Shown: positions 1-9,134 of the stretch, piece by piece
Position numbering within the stretch: position 1 is the first letter of the stretch
How the letters are laid out: each line of letters opens with the position of its first letter
Assembly (NCBI GenBank): GCA_965601925.1
Contig: OZ271854.1
Location: forward strand, 2,176,001-2,240,000
Reading direction: 5' to 3'
Length of the DNA: 64,000 nucleotides
Origin: Alkalispirochaeta sp.
GTDB taxonomy: Bacteria > Spirochaetota > Spirochaetia > DSM-27196 > Alkalispirochaetaceae
The notes under the pieces: model-generated
The model's input: the letters and a program-made list of their open reading frames with translations, nothing else
The model's database searches: none
Told to the model about the DNA's origin: nothing
Made by a program: the position numbers and the translations under genes

Positions 1-462
1 GTGCGACGCGGCCGGCAACGTTTCGAGCTGTGCGGCTCCGTGTTCGCCAAAAAATCGCTTGATCGGCAAAAACGGCGCACCCGAATCCAACTCGGCACGT
101 TTAGCCGGACCAAACGGATCGACGCGCGTCTCGAAGTAGCGGCACGCTGCCAGCAGCAGGCGAAAGCCGTACGTCTCGGCAAAGAACCACTCGCTGTCGT
201 GCCAGCGATTTCCCGCGTACGGAGCGTAGCAGCGTTGCCACGTGTCGTGGTCCCACGCCGGCAACTGCAGCGCGGGAATCGGCGCGTTAGTACCGATCGC
301 ATCGGCCAAGTGTAAGACCGCGTCACGAATCGCCGCCGGATACTCAGGGTGTGCCGACACCACATTCACCAGGTTTTTGGGTAAGCGGTGCGTCATCGTG
401 TCGTACGCAAAGCGGTTGCTACCATCGGTGCGCAGCGGCACCGGTTGCGGATAGGTCTTCAC
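1..462 (-). CDS. ARMT1/DUF89-like damage-control phosphatase (5' part, runs off window)
   Basis: Hand translation from GTG at 462: MKTYPQPVPLRTDGSNRFAYDTMTHRLPK...WFFAETYGFR...DPFGPAK, matching the FAxxTxxxRLP, WxxxExYxxR and DPF..K motifs of the family. Not in the ORF track. Confidence 0.7.
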   Translation of the reverse strand, partial: MKTYPQPVPLRTDGSNRFAYDTMTHRLPKNLVNVVSAHPEYPAAIRDAVLHLADAIGTNAPIPALQLPAWDHDTWQRCYAPYAGNRWHDSEWFFAETYGFRLLLAACRYFETRVDPFGPAKRAELDSGAPFLPIKRFFGEHGAAQLETLPAASH

Positions 463-778
463 GCAGTGAACGTTACACGACAAACGCCAGATGCTCCATG
501 CCCACATAGCGGCCGCTATGGGGTGAAATACACGCGCCAACCATCCTCTTGCACAAGCGCTTGGTCGCCGTGTCGTACCGTAAGGGAAAAGGGAGGTCGT
601 CCAATCTACTCCGCTAATGTGATAGTGCCGACATGTTCAACGCTGTACGTATACGACCCGCTGGCAAAAACGAACCGCTCCCAAAAACCACCCGGCTCCC
701 CGTTTCACTGTTTTCAGTACTATCTTCTTTTTGCATTTCTGTGGGACAACAGTGTTCCGGTTACGTCATCAATGCGTT

Positions 779-1174
779 TCATACCCAGTTTTCTACCGTC
801 AATCCCGGTACGCGGCGAAACTCTTTGTCATTGTTCGTCACTATCGTCATGTCGCGGGCAAGACCCTGAGACGCAATTTCCAAATCGTAGGCACCGATCG
901 GTTGTCCCCGTTTTTCCAATAGTGCTCGGACAACTCCGAATTGCTCCGCATCGCGATCGTCGAACGGAATGATTTCAAAGGCCGAGAGGAAATTTCGGAG
1001 CGCCGTCCGGTTTTGCTCGATATGCCGACTCTTTGCTACACCATATTCGAGTTCTGCTACACTGATTGCCGAAATCGCCACCTGATATGGTTTTTCTTTT
1101 TCTATCCGCTTTCGTACCGACTCGCTTCTCTTCGTAATGAGATAAATGCAAATATTGGTATCAATCAAATACAT
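779..1174 (-). CDS. vapC: VapC PIN-domain toxin
   Basis: MYLIDTNICI...ELEYG...IGAYDLEIA...VTNNDKEFRRVPGLTVENW; overlaps antitoxin stop. Confidence 0.95.
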   Translation of the reverse strand: MYLIDTNICIYLITKRSESVRKRIEKEKPYQVAISAISVAELEYGVAKSRHIEQNRTALRNFLSAFEIIPFDDRDAEQFGVVRALLEKRGQPIGAYDLEIASQGLARDMTIVTNNDKEFRRVPGLTVENWV

Positions 1175-1406
1175 GATCCATGTTCCGTCCGGTATCCATC
1201 GGCTGCCGTCGCCCATCTTCCATAAAGTCGTCACTAAATTGATCCAGGCTGTTACGGAAACTTTCCCACGGATCCGACACGGGAAGAAGCACGATTGCAT
1301 TTCCTACTCTTTGAATCTGAACCTCTCGCTCCGAGAACTGAAACTCCTTCGGTAAACGAACCGCCTGGCTGTTTCCACTCGTAAATACTTTTGCGGTATG
1401 TGTCAT
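1161..1406 (-). CDS. vapB: VapB antitoxin (AbrB/SpoVT type)
   Basis: TAKVFTSGNSQAVRLPKEF signature; GGAGG RBS; upstream of vapC. Confidence 0.95.
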   Translation of the reverse strand: MTHTAKVFTSGNSQAVRLPKEFQFSEREVQIQRVGNAIVLLPVSDPWESFRNSLDQFSDDFMEDGRRQPMDTGRNMDHVFD

Positions 1407-1554
1407 GAGGACCTCCTTGGAAAGGATATACTTGTGTATATACTATCATGAAACAGATCGCTCATCCAGAGAAGCCGATGCAACAATGCGTTGTATAAAT
1501 TGTCGCGTCTTTTTTCTTTTTGTTGATGATTTCACTCTTCGTATGCGACGCGCC

Positions 1555-1644
1555 GTCTAACACTGAGCTGACCCGCAAGATGCGGCCCGGAGTCGCGTAG
1601 CGGCGGAATGATTGGCGTGGCGGTTGCGTACGCGAGCGCCGTGA
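1555..1644 (-). repeat. attC site, long family, truncated (R''/L'' arm missing)
   Basis: GTCTAAC-actgagctgacccgcaagatgcggcccggag...gccgtga aligns with the attC at 23663 and then diverges abruptly. Confidence 0.8.
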
Positions 1645-1826
1645 TGATATGAGAACGCCGCACCCCACCGTACAAGGTGAGGTACCCTTACCTCGTACAG
1701 CGTTCATATCCCGCGCGGAAGGAGGTGCAACCATACGCAGTATATCGCCTTTGATTCGCACAAGCGATATACGTGTGCATCGGCCGAAGATCACGACACC
1801 GGTGTGATCGTTGACCGGAGGATCGA

Positions 1827-2462
1827 TCATGAGCGCGGACCGTTCGCGGGTTTAATAGCTGAACGATAGACCTCAAGTATATCATCTGAGAATTCGCAAG
1901 CAACAAATGCTTGTATTTGGCTTGGTTTTTTTAGGAGCTCATCGGCGGCTTCAAATCCACCCGCCGTCACAATGGCCACCGGACCTGCGAGAGTCGAGAG
2001 CGAGTCATCGATCCAACCCCTTTCTGCCAGTGCCTTGATCAAGGAGCGTAGTTCTTCCCCGTGTTTGCAATAGCCTAACGAGTAGTCACTGTCCTGAGTT
2101 GCAACCTGATCCCCGAAGTAATCTTACTTGCGAGCGAGGGCGGAAATAAGCTTGTGCATTTTCTGGTTTACGCTTGTGGGGATACGCGCGCCATCAACGA
2201 CTAAACTTGGATTGTCAGGTTTAGTCGTAGGCGTTTCGATTCCACGTTCATGATTCTCCCTCAAGTAGCCTGATATGTTATGTCGTTCGGGAAGTTCGGA
2301 GGACCGTCCCCGACGAAGTTCGGAGGGCAGGTCTTCTATCGCTTCGTGAGTTATGGAGTAGGCGCCGCAGGTAGGACACTCTAAGGTGAAGATATCCGTT
2401 CGGAAATCTCCTCGAGCTTGAACGTTCGGCGTTCCGCAAAATGGACACCCAACGTCTTTCAT
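1827..2462 (-). pseudogene. Zn-ribbon + wHTH + TIR-like/nucleoside 2-deoxyribosyltransferase-like protein, in-frame stop and 3' truncation
   Basis: CPFC...CPTC N-terminus; in-frame TAA at 2124-2126; continues in frame to QAFVACEFSDDILEVYRSAIKPA, then similarity stops. Confidence 0.65.
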
Positions 2463-2562
2463 TAACCAAGCATACCAAACAAATGGATCGGCAGACAGAA
2501 GGACGCGATGCCTATCATCAACCACCAACTGGCGGTTCATTCCTGGAATGTACCGGCAAGCA

Positions 2563-2640
2563 ACATAACAACCGCATCACCTGCGCCCTCGCAGGAGCGA
2601 AAACTCCGAGAAAGCGACCGTTGCATGCGCCATGCTATGT
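2563..2640 (-). repeat. attC site, short family (R'' mutated)
   Basis: + strand ACATAAC-aaccg-CATCAC...TTGCATG-cgccat-GCTATGT; near-copy of 5648-5724. Confidence 0.8.
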
Positions 2641-3068
2641 GGCGATAGATCAATCCGTTTACATCGTCTTCGGGTATACAGGCCTCGAGATCGGCAGGTC
2701 GTCGCCTGGTTTCTTCTTGATCACCTATGCGAACTGCGTCCTCGTGTACGGCAGGTGAGTAACGTGTGTCTATTACCCGCCCAAAACCAACCGGAAACTG
2801 TACATTTCTCGCCGGTTGTCACGTGTGCATCTTCATTCGAGCGGTTAGGCCGACGTGTGTATCCGTGCGAGCGGCTCGTGTGAGCGCATTTTCGTGCGAA
2901 CCTACCTTTTGCGCCTTCTGCTCCGTATACCGTTTCCATAACCTGCATTTGTAATATAGGACCAATTTTGACCTGTATAGCCGGTACACTATGAATGAGC
3001 AGCTGGTATTTCGGTTCGATCTATGAAGTACTGCGAAGTTTTGAAGATGTATCATAGGAGGGGATGCA

Positions 3069-3581
3069 ATGAGTCAATCACACAAGGTTCAACCAGTTCC
3101 CCAAGACAAAGGCTCTGTTACGCCGTACATCGTCGTCAAAGGCGTCGTACGGTTCATCGACTTTCTGAAAGCGGCTTTTGATGCTGTGGAACGAGGTCGC
3201 GGGTACAACGAGGATGGGACGATCGGACACGCCGAAGTCTTAATCGGGAACAGAATTGTGATGATGTTCGATGCAAAACCGGAGTGGCCGGACACACCCG
3301 CTTTTTTATCCCTGTATGTCGAAGACTGTGATAGCGTCCATCAGCGAGCAGTACGGGCCGGCGGCACCACGGTCACCGCTTTGTCCACCAGTGCATGGGG
3401 TGATCGCGGCAGTCGCGTCCGCGATCCCTTCGGCAACATCTGGTGGATTCAGACCCATGTGGAAGATGTGACTGAAGCCGAGAGCGTCCAGCGGATGCAG
3501 GAGGATAGATATCTTGAGGACATGCGAATAGCGCAGGAGACGCTCGACCATGAACTTCGAAGCCGGGGCGGAAGAGGATAG
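3069..3581 (+). CDS. VOC/glyoxalase (PhnB-like) protein
   Basis: VTPYIVV...FLKAAFDA...GHAEV...WGDRGSRVRDPFGNIWWI. Confidence 0.9.
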   Translation: MSQSHKVQPVPQDKGSVTPYIVVKGVVRFIDFLKAAFDAVERGRGYNEDGTIGHAEVLIGNRIVMMFDAKPEWPDTPAFLSLYVEDCDSVHQRAVRAGGTTVTALSTSAWGDRGSRVRDPFGNIWWIQTHVEDVTEAESVQRMQEDRYLEDMRIAQETLDHELRSRGGRG

Positions 3582-3593
3582 ACTCCTACCGTC

Positions 3594-4083
3594 TCATAAT
3601 GAGCGCATCGCGACCGAGTCCTCGGGCTCGAAGCAGATCTTGATACGTCGCGCGCCCGCGGTAGCAAGCAGGTCGATGCCCTTGGTAAGCACGTGGCGGG
3701 CAATTCCTTTTCGTCGGTGCCTATCGATCGTGCGCACAGGCTCGACCATACCCGTAGCGGAAAGCGGATCCATCCAAAACAACCCATATGACGACATGGG
3801 AGAGGAGTTCCTCTTTTCCGTCCGGCATGAAGTGCAGGGCCAGAGCAACATGGTCGCCCCAGTCGGTTGCCGTTACCGTCGCCTGAGGACGGTCTGCCGA
3901 ATCAAACCAAAACAACTGGGGAAACCCGTCCGTCTTTGGGCGTGGAAGACGCCACCACCATTGCAGGTCGGCGGCCTCAAACAGGCCTGCGGTCGGGTGC
4001 GCAACACGGGCCTGTTGCAGCAATCTCGTTGCCGCCAAGTAGTCAGACCCAGTAAGAAACCGTTCTCGTAATCCGTTCAACAC
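3594..4083 (-). pseudogene. GNAT acetyltransferase, frameshifted/deleted
   Basis: N-terminal part in ORF 3721-4083; VEPVRT..HRRKGIARHVL acetyl-CoA motif in a different frame (3594-3851). Confidence 0.65.
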
Positions 4084-4143
4084 ACTGCACCTTTGGTCCG
4101 ATTAGACCCTATCCCTTCTTGGGACATCACATGCCACAACGGT

Positions 4144-5103
4144 TTATAGCGAACGAAGGTCCAGCACCAGCTTTCCCACGTGATGGCCGACCACCCGTTC
4201 GTGAGCCGAGGCGGCTTCAGATCCTCGCACGACCGCACTTACATGCGGCTTCACGCCGTGCCGTTCAATCGTGTCGAACAGGCGTTCGGTAATCTCCCTG
4301 TTGGGTTCCCCGTAGTAGGGGGTGCACGTAATATCCTCAGGTACCACGGGCGTAGGAGTCACTCCCGACGGGAAAGTCACAACTCCGCCGGCTTTCGTCA
4401 ACCGACATACCTCATTCGCCCGCGAGCCTCCGGCTGTCAGTAGCACGTTGCCGAGTTTGCCACTTTCGGCTGCAAGCAGCGACGCAAAATCCGTTTCGTC
4501 TCGTCCGTCAAACACCGAGTTACACCCGAGTCGTCGCACCAACTCGACCCCGTCGGGCCCCGATGCCACTGCATTGACCTCGGCTCCGATGGCGTTTGCA
4601 AGTTGTACCGCCACGTGTCCAACTCCGCCGGAGGCCCCGAACACGCACAAAGAGTCGTTCGAGCGGAGACCTAGAACATCTGCGAGCCCACGCAGGGCGG
4701 TGATACCGACACCAAGGACGGCGCTTGCTTCAACCATCGAGTATCCCGCCGGAACTGGGGCGACCGTCTCCTCGCCGACGGCCACGTATTCGGCGTAGAA
4801 GCCGCCTTTTGGATTGAGAAAGCCCGATGCCATGACGCGGTCGCCTCGCGCGAATTGTGTCACGGCGTCGCCGACGGCCACGATTTCTCCGGCTCCCTCG
4901 GATCCCAAGACATAGGGGAAGGTCGGAGCGATGCCGAGCATCTCGGCGTATCCGCCTTGACGCTCGAACACGTCCCACGAACCGACACCGGCGTACTCGA
5001 TACGAATCAGAACTTCGTTGCTCGCAATGTCGGGAACCGGAACCGATCCGATAGAAAGCTCCGACTCGTCACCGAAACGCTCAATCACAACCGCTTTCAT
5101 CAT
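4144..5103 (-). CDS. NADP-dependent quinone oxidoreductase (MDR superfamily)
   Basis: MKAVVIERFG, FPYVLGSEGAG, GFYAEY, GASGGVG, HVGKLVL. Confidence 0.92.
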   Translation of the reverse strand: MMKAVVIERFGDESELSIGSVPVPDIASNEVLIRIEYAGVGSWDVFERQGGYAEMLGIAPTFPYVLGSEGAGEIVAVGDAVTQFARGDRVMASGFLNPKGGFYAEYVAVGEETVAPVPAGYSMVEASAVLGVGITALRGLADVLGLRSNDSLCVFGASGGVGHVAVQLANAIGAEVNAVASGPDGVELVRRLGCNSVFDGRDETDFASLLAAESGKLGNVLLTAGGSRANEVCRLTKAGGVVTFPSGVTPTPVVPEDITCTPYYGEPNREITERLFDTIERHGVKPHVSAVVRGSEAASAHERVVGHHVGKLVLDLRSL

Positions 5104-5177
5104 TTTCACAGGCTTCCTCCCATCACTACGGCCCCCCGGCCGCACCTTGCGATGGGTCAGGCTACCACGACGAAGTG

Positions 5178-5534
5178 TCAGGTCTTGTCAGCAGCCGTTC
5201 GCACCCCGGTCCGCCTCGCGAGCAGCTTTTCTCGTCGGTTCCATCGTTCGAACAGTGCGGTGTGCGAAATCGGCGTTCGCGACCGATCGAGAGACCAATC
5301 CAATATCCGATCGCTTCGAAAGTGGCGAAAGTCCGAACGCATTTCGCACCACGCTGCGACCAGACGCGCGGTCGTGAAGTATCCGATCGCTATCGGCCAT
5401 ATCGTGCGATTACTCTCCGTCCCGCTCACCTTTCGGTATCGTATGCGGACCTTCCTCCCGTCTCGGATTGAGTCGCGTAAGCATTTGAGAAGTTTATCGT
5501 CACCTTTCTGCGTTTGTTTGGGGCCCCAATACAA
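5178..5534 (-). pseudogene. WYL-domain fragment of YafY-like regulator (HTH missing)
   Basis: IRY....RTIWPIAIGY....LVAWCEMRSDFRHFRSDRI; no intact N-terminus. Confidence 0.75.
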
Positions 5535-5647
5535 GACCGCAAGCCCGTGACAATCGTTCCGTCGTGCTCGAAACGGTTGTCGATACCTTATCTATCGCGG
5601 TCCTCGCGGAGGCGCTTAACGCGCGATCCCGTTTGCAGCCGTCCGCC

Positions 5648-5724
5648 ATATAACAATCGCATCACCTACGCCCTCGCAGGAACGGAGTGACGAAAAGGCG
5701 ACTGATGCATGCGCCATGTTATGT
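5648..5724 (-). repeat. attC site, short family
   Basis: ATATAAC-aatcg-CATCAC...ATGCATG-cgccat-GTTATGT with an extra G in the minus-strand L''. Confidence 0.85.
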
Positions 5725-5814
5725 GGCGATCGATGAATACATCTCCTCATCTGAAGTAACCATGTTCTTTTTCCGGTCTTATGACATGTGAGCACGGCGG
5801 TCTCTGTTGCGACC

Positions 5815-6030
5815 ATGGAAGCGAACCGGTACGTCCCTCGTGGTCGCAATGAGCTCCATACCATCTTGGAGCGGCACTTCGGCGACTTCTGCGAGCAATA
5901 CGATAAGAAGTGCGCGGCCACCTACGGCAAGTACCGCGCTGAGCGTATCGAGGAAATCGGCGAGCGCTTTTCTACGTGCGGCAACTATCTTCAAGGCGTC
6001 GCACGCATCCGTTGTACCAACCCCGACTGT
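5815..6030 (+). pseudogene. IS91-family transposase zinc-binding N-terminal fragment
   Basis: YVPRGRNELHTILERHF...FSTCGNYLQGVARIRCTNPDC, then similarity is lost. Confidence 0.75.
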
Positions 6031-6128
6031 CCTCCCGATTCGAATCGGAGTCTGCGTTGCACGGCCGTTTTGCGCTTGCGCTCGGAGATTACTTCTCCTA
6101 TTATTTAATATTATTCCCAGGAGTCGCG

Positions 6129-6620
6129 ATGAAGCGGTGGGTTCTCGTTTTGATAGTCGCCGGTGTCTCGTCGGTCGCCGTTGGTGCGCTCGAGCTACTG
6201 CCGGGTGTTGCAGCGGTTTGGAAGGACGCGGAGACGATTCCCCGTGCGGGGTTGTCGTTAAAGGGAGTTGCCCTGGATATGAGCGGCGGCGTCATCGCGT
6301 GGACCGCCTTTGAGCTACGGACATTTGCCGATCTTCGAAACGGCGACTCCCAGATTGACCTGTCGTGGCCCGGTGTTTTCGGGTTTGTCTATCCCGGTGT
6401 CTCGATAGAGATCGGTAACGATGGCGTAGTTCCGTGGTTCTACGGCGAGGTGGATCTTTTCTATTTTCCATTTCTGTTTGCAGCGATCATTGCGTTTGAA
6501 CGTCCGTGGTTTATCCCGTCGGTCTATATGGGACCTCGATTTGGCCCGGCCGATGTCGGCTGGAATACAGGAATACGTCTATCGATTCCGGTGGGCCTGG
6601 GGAAACTTATCGATGAGTGA
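6129..6620 (+). CDS. Hypothetical exported/membrane protein
   Basis: GGAG RBS, signal peptide MKRWVLVLIV...; stop overlaps next gene. Confidence 0.6.
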   Translation: MKRWVLVLIVAGVSSVAVGALELLPGVAAVWKDAETIPRAGLSLKGVALDMSGGVIAWTAFELRTFADLRNGDSQIDLSWPGVFGFVYPGVSIEIGNDGVVPWFYGEVDLFYFPFLFAAIIAFERPWFIPSVYMGPRFGPADVGWNTGIRLSIPVGLGKLIDE

Positions 6621-6936
6621 CACACCGCGCCCCCGCAACCGCCCATTGCGTCGCCTCCTGATCATCATGGACGTGATCTACTCGGGCGTCCTTGTATTCT
6701 CGATCGTCCCGGCGATATTTTCCATCATGCTGGCCGCCGGCGGAAACACGCTACGCGTGCACATCCAGATATTCAGTCTGATGACGTTTCCCTTTGTGCT
6801 CCTCTTTGGGATTCTTGTCCCGTGGATATTCTACGCGCTGAGAATGGGCCGGACCGCCAAGGTACTCCTCTTCCTTCCGTGGGTCAGTGCCGTGATCATA
6901 CTCTTCTATATTGTTATCCCCGAGTGGTTGGCGTAG
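6613..6936 (+). CDS. Hypothetical membrane protein (about 3 TM)
   Basis: Hydrophobic helices; overlaps the upstream gene's end. Confidence 0.6.
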   Translation: MSDTPRPRNRPLRRLLIIMDVIYSGVLVFSIVPAIFSIMLAAGGNTLRVHIQIFSLMTFPFVLLFGILVPWIFYALRMGRTAKVLLFLPWVSAVIILFYIVIPEWLA

Positions 6937-6957
6937 CGGGTGACCTGCTCCCTGAAA

Positions 6958-7758
6958 CTAGACCACTGCTTGAGTGAGTCCGTCCTCAAAGCTTCGCCAG
7001 ATTTCTTCCGGCGTGTGATTGCCAAGCGAGCTGTGTGGCCGGTACCGATTGTACTCATCGCGCCACAAAGCCAGTTTCTCCTGAGCGTCCCTCACGCCCA
7101 GGAACAGGTTCTCGTTGAGGAACTCGTCGCGTAGCTTTCCGTTGAAGCTCTCGACAGAGGAGTTCTCGATCGGCTTGCCCGGCGTGATCAGACACTGCTG
7201 AATGCCGCGCTGGATCGTCCACGCGATCATGGCCCGGGACGTGAACTCCGGCCCGTTATCACTCTTCAAACATTCCGGCTCACCGTGCATGATCGTCGAT
7301 TGCTCCAACGCCCGGATGACATCAGCGCTCGAACATGAACGAGCAATTCGTGCTGTGATCAGATACCGTGTGTACTCGTCCAACACGACCAGACACTTCA
7401 ACGACCGTCCGGATTCAGTCGTGTCGAAAACGAAATCCAATCCCCAGATCTGATTGGGCCGCATCGCTGCACTGGCCCTATTGCGCTGCACGATGAGCTT
7501 CTTCCGGCGTCGTGAGCGGAGCATCAACTGTTCCTCGCGATAGATCCGGTACACTTGCTTGTGATTCGCTTCACTATGGTCTCGCCGCAGTAACACGTGG
7601 ATCCGACGATACCCGAACCGCTTGTGCCTCTCGGCCAGTTCCTTGATGCGCGCCCGAATCCGAAGATCGTTCGGTTTCTTTGCCTCATACCGACATGTCG
7701 ATCGATGCAGCGACGCCAGTTCGCACGCTCGTCGCTCACTGACCCCATGGTGTTTCAA
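6958..7758 (-). CDS. IS3 transposase OrfB (DDE)
   Basis: WGLDF...SDNGPEF...ESFNGKLRDE...RPHSSLG. Confidence 0.95.
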   Translation of the reverse strand: MKHHGVSERRACELASLHRSTCRYEAKKPNDLRIRARIKELAERHKRFGYRRIHVLLRRDHSEANHKQVYRIYREEQLMLRSRRRKKLIVQRNRASAAMRPNQIWGLDFVFDTTESGRSLKCLVVLDEYTRYLITARIARSCSSADVIRALEQSTIMHGEPECLKSDNGPEFTSRAMIAWTIQRGIQQCLITPGKPIENSSVESFNGKLRDEFLNENLFLGVRDAQEKLALWRDEYNRYRPHSSLGNHTPEEIWRSFEDGLTQAVV

Positions 7759-7793
7759 CGCCCCGACAGCCGATCGTCGCTGATGAGGCGTCG

Positions 7794-8057
7794 TCAGTTT
7801 TTTGACAGCACCTCCTTCATCGCGTCGATCTCAAGCGCCTGGTTGGCGACCAGCCTTTTCAGTCTGGTGTTCTCGTCTTCCAGTTCTTTCAGTCGCCGCG
7901 CCTCGCTGGTGGTCATTCCGCCATAGCGAGATTTCCACCGGTACAACGTATTCTCCGCAAACCCGTACTTCCGACAGATCTCCTTCGCCGGAACACCGGA
8001 CTCGGCTTCCCCCAAGATCGCAATGATCTTCTCGACCGAATACTGCCCCTTCTTCAT
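7794..8057 (-). CDS. IS3 transposase OrfA
   Basis: HTH ICRKYG..ENTLYRWKSRYGG; LKELEDENTRLKRLVA zipper. Confidence 0.95.
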   Translation of the reverse strand: MKKGQYSVEKIIAILGEAESGVPAKEICRKYGFAENTLYRWKSRYGGMTTSEARRLKELEDENTRLKRLVANQALEIDAMKEVLSKN

Positions 8058-8129
8058 AATGTCTCTCCCTCCTGTTATATCCGGGAAAGACCCACCTTCC
8101 TGCTGGACCAGTTTTCAGGGAGCAGGTCA

Positions 8130-8280
8130 GAGGTGCGACACGAATCCTCTTTTTCATGTGTTAAGGTCGAACGAAGTGAGCCCGAAGGGCTTGGCCTTTA
8201 CACATGAAAACGAGGGCGTACAATGAAAAAACTGCGGGAGGACCTTTCGGTTTGGGCGATTATGCGAAGTAGGCTGTTCT
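8130..8280. promoter_or_regulatory. Conserved hairpin/promoter element, copy 1 (cut by IS3 on the left)
   Basis: Stem 8146-8215, inner agcccGAAgggct, TTTACA(8197)-16-TACAAT(8219); homologous to copies at 11210 and 22821. Confidence 0.75.
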
Positions 8281-8290
8281 GGTATATCGC

Positions 8291-8602
8291 CTACATCGCC
8301 CGTTGTTCCGGGAGTTTCCCAATGATCTTGCGAACTTCGTCGGTCTCAACGAGTTGATCCGTCACATATCGGTGGACGATTGAACTGATGAGCGTTTGAT
8401 AGGGGATTCCTTCCTTGACCGCCTTTTTTTTCGTCAATTGCAGATCCTCTTCCGAAATTCGCAAGCTAATAGTCTGCGTCTTTCGCGCCCGATCGAGAAT
8501 GGCTTCAATCCGTTCGCGTTCTTCACCAACGACACTTTCCATCTGATCGATGGAATCTTCGATTTCTTGTTCTTCAGGCGTCAGGTCAAATATGTTCATC
8601 AC
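8291..8602 (-). CDS. CopG/RHH antitoxin (BrnA-like)
   Basis: KTQTISLRISEEDL...GIPYQTLISSIVHRY; overlaps toxin stop. Confidence 0.85.
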   Translation of the reverse strand: MMNIFDLTPEEQEIEDSIDQMESVVGEERERIEAILDRARKTQTISLRISEEDLQLTKKKAVKEGIPYQTLISSIVHRYVTDQLVETDEVRKIIGKLPEQRAM

Positions 8603-8862
8603 GAGCCTCCATATTGTTTGTGGTATTTCCGGCTTGGGAATGCCGTTTTCAGGACGACAGCTTCATCGTCATCGACGACAAATGGAACAATCCAGGTGTA
8701 ATCACGCATTCGAAGCACGAAGTATCGTTGTCCCGGCCGGGTCGGATTTTTGATGATATCGACATATCGCTTTTCCATGATGATGCCGGCAATTTCTTCA
8801 AATGAGACGCCGCGAGTTTGCTTGAGTACCTCATTTTTGTCCTCGTCCCAGATGATTTTCAT
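8599..8862 (-). CDS. brnT: BrnT-family toxin
   Basis: IWDEDKNEVLKQTRGVSFEEI...VPFV...LKTAFPSRK. Confidence 0.85.
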   Translation of the reverse strand: MKIIWDEDKNEVLKQTRGVSFEEIAGIIMEKRYVDIIKNPTRPGQRYFVLRMRDYTWIVPFVVDDDEAVVLKTAFPSRKYHKQYGGS

Positions 8863-9012
8863 TCGGTATCATGATACATCCAGCGTATATACATTGTAAA
8901 CAATCGCATCGATCAATGTGTTACGAACGTTCTCCGGGATGCGTGTGCTTTTGCATTTTGATCTGGTAGAGGCTATTTCTTGGTGATTTGCGCTTAGGCT
9001 CCGCCGGGCGCA

Positions 9013-9134
9013 ATGTAACACCGAGCTGACCTGCAAGATGCGGCCCGGAGTCGCGAAGTGACGGAGGGATTGGCGCGTGCCTTGCGCATCGCAAGGCGCG
9101 TGACAAAGCAGATTGACTGGTCCAGCGTTATGTT
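9013..9134 (-). repeat. attC site, long family, IS1182 inserted at R''
   Basis: ATGTAAC-accga-GCTGACC...GGTCCAGC-gttat-GTT|IS. Confidence 0.9.

Larger units (their letters stand above)
6941..8129 (-). mobile_element. IS3-family element (IS407-like), 1189 bp
   Basis: Terminal IRs TGACCTGCTCCCTGAAA / TTTCAGGGAGCAGGTCA; orfA and orfB with an A-run at the junction. Confidence 0.95.

Noticed and set aside
686..695. aaccacccgg after the first vapC, matching the module's terminal hairpin
   Set aside because: Only 10 bp, with no partner arm or ORF; may be chance.
2641..3055. Short ORFs beside the attC at 2640
   Set aside because: No recognisable motif in any frame; possibly a decayed cassette but unsupported.
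6920..6930. ccgagtggttg resembling the terminal hairpin's left arm
   Set aside because: Lies in the last codons of a CDS; too short to support.
8179..8191. cUUCGg RNA tetraloop on the minus strand
   Set aside because: The pairing register gives a 3-nt loop, not UUCG, so the + strand GAA triloop fits better.
8146..8215. Hairpin element as an attC or as the TA operon's intrinsic terminator
   Set aside because: No RYYYAAC/GTTRRRY boxes and no U-tract after the stem on the minus strand. A plain dsDNA antisense promoter into the TA remains a possible alternative.
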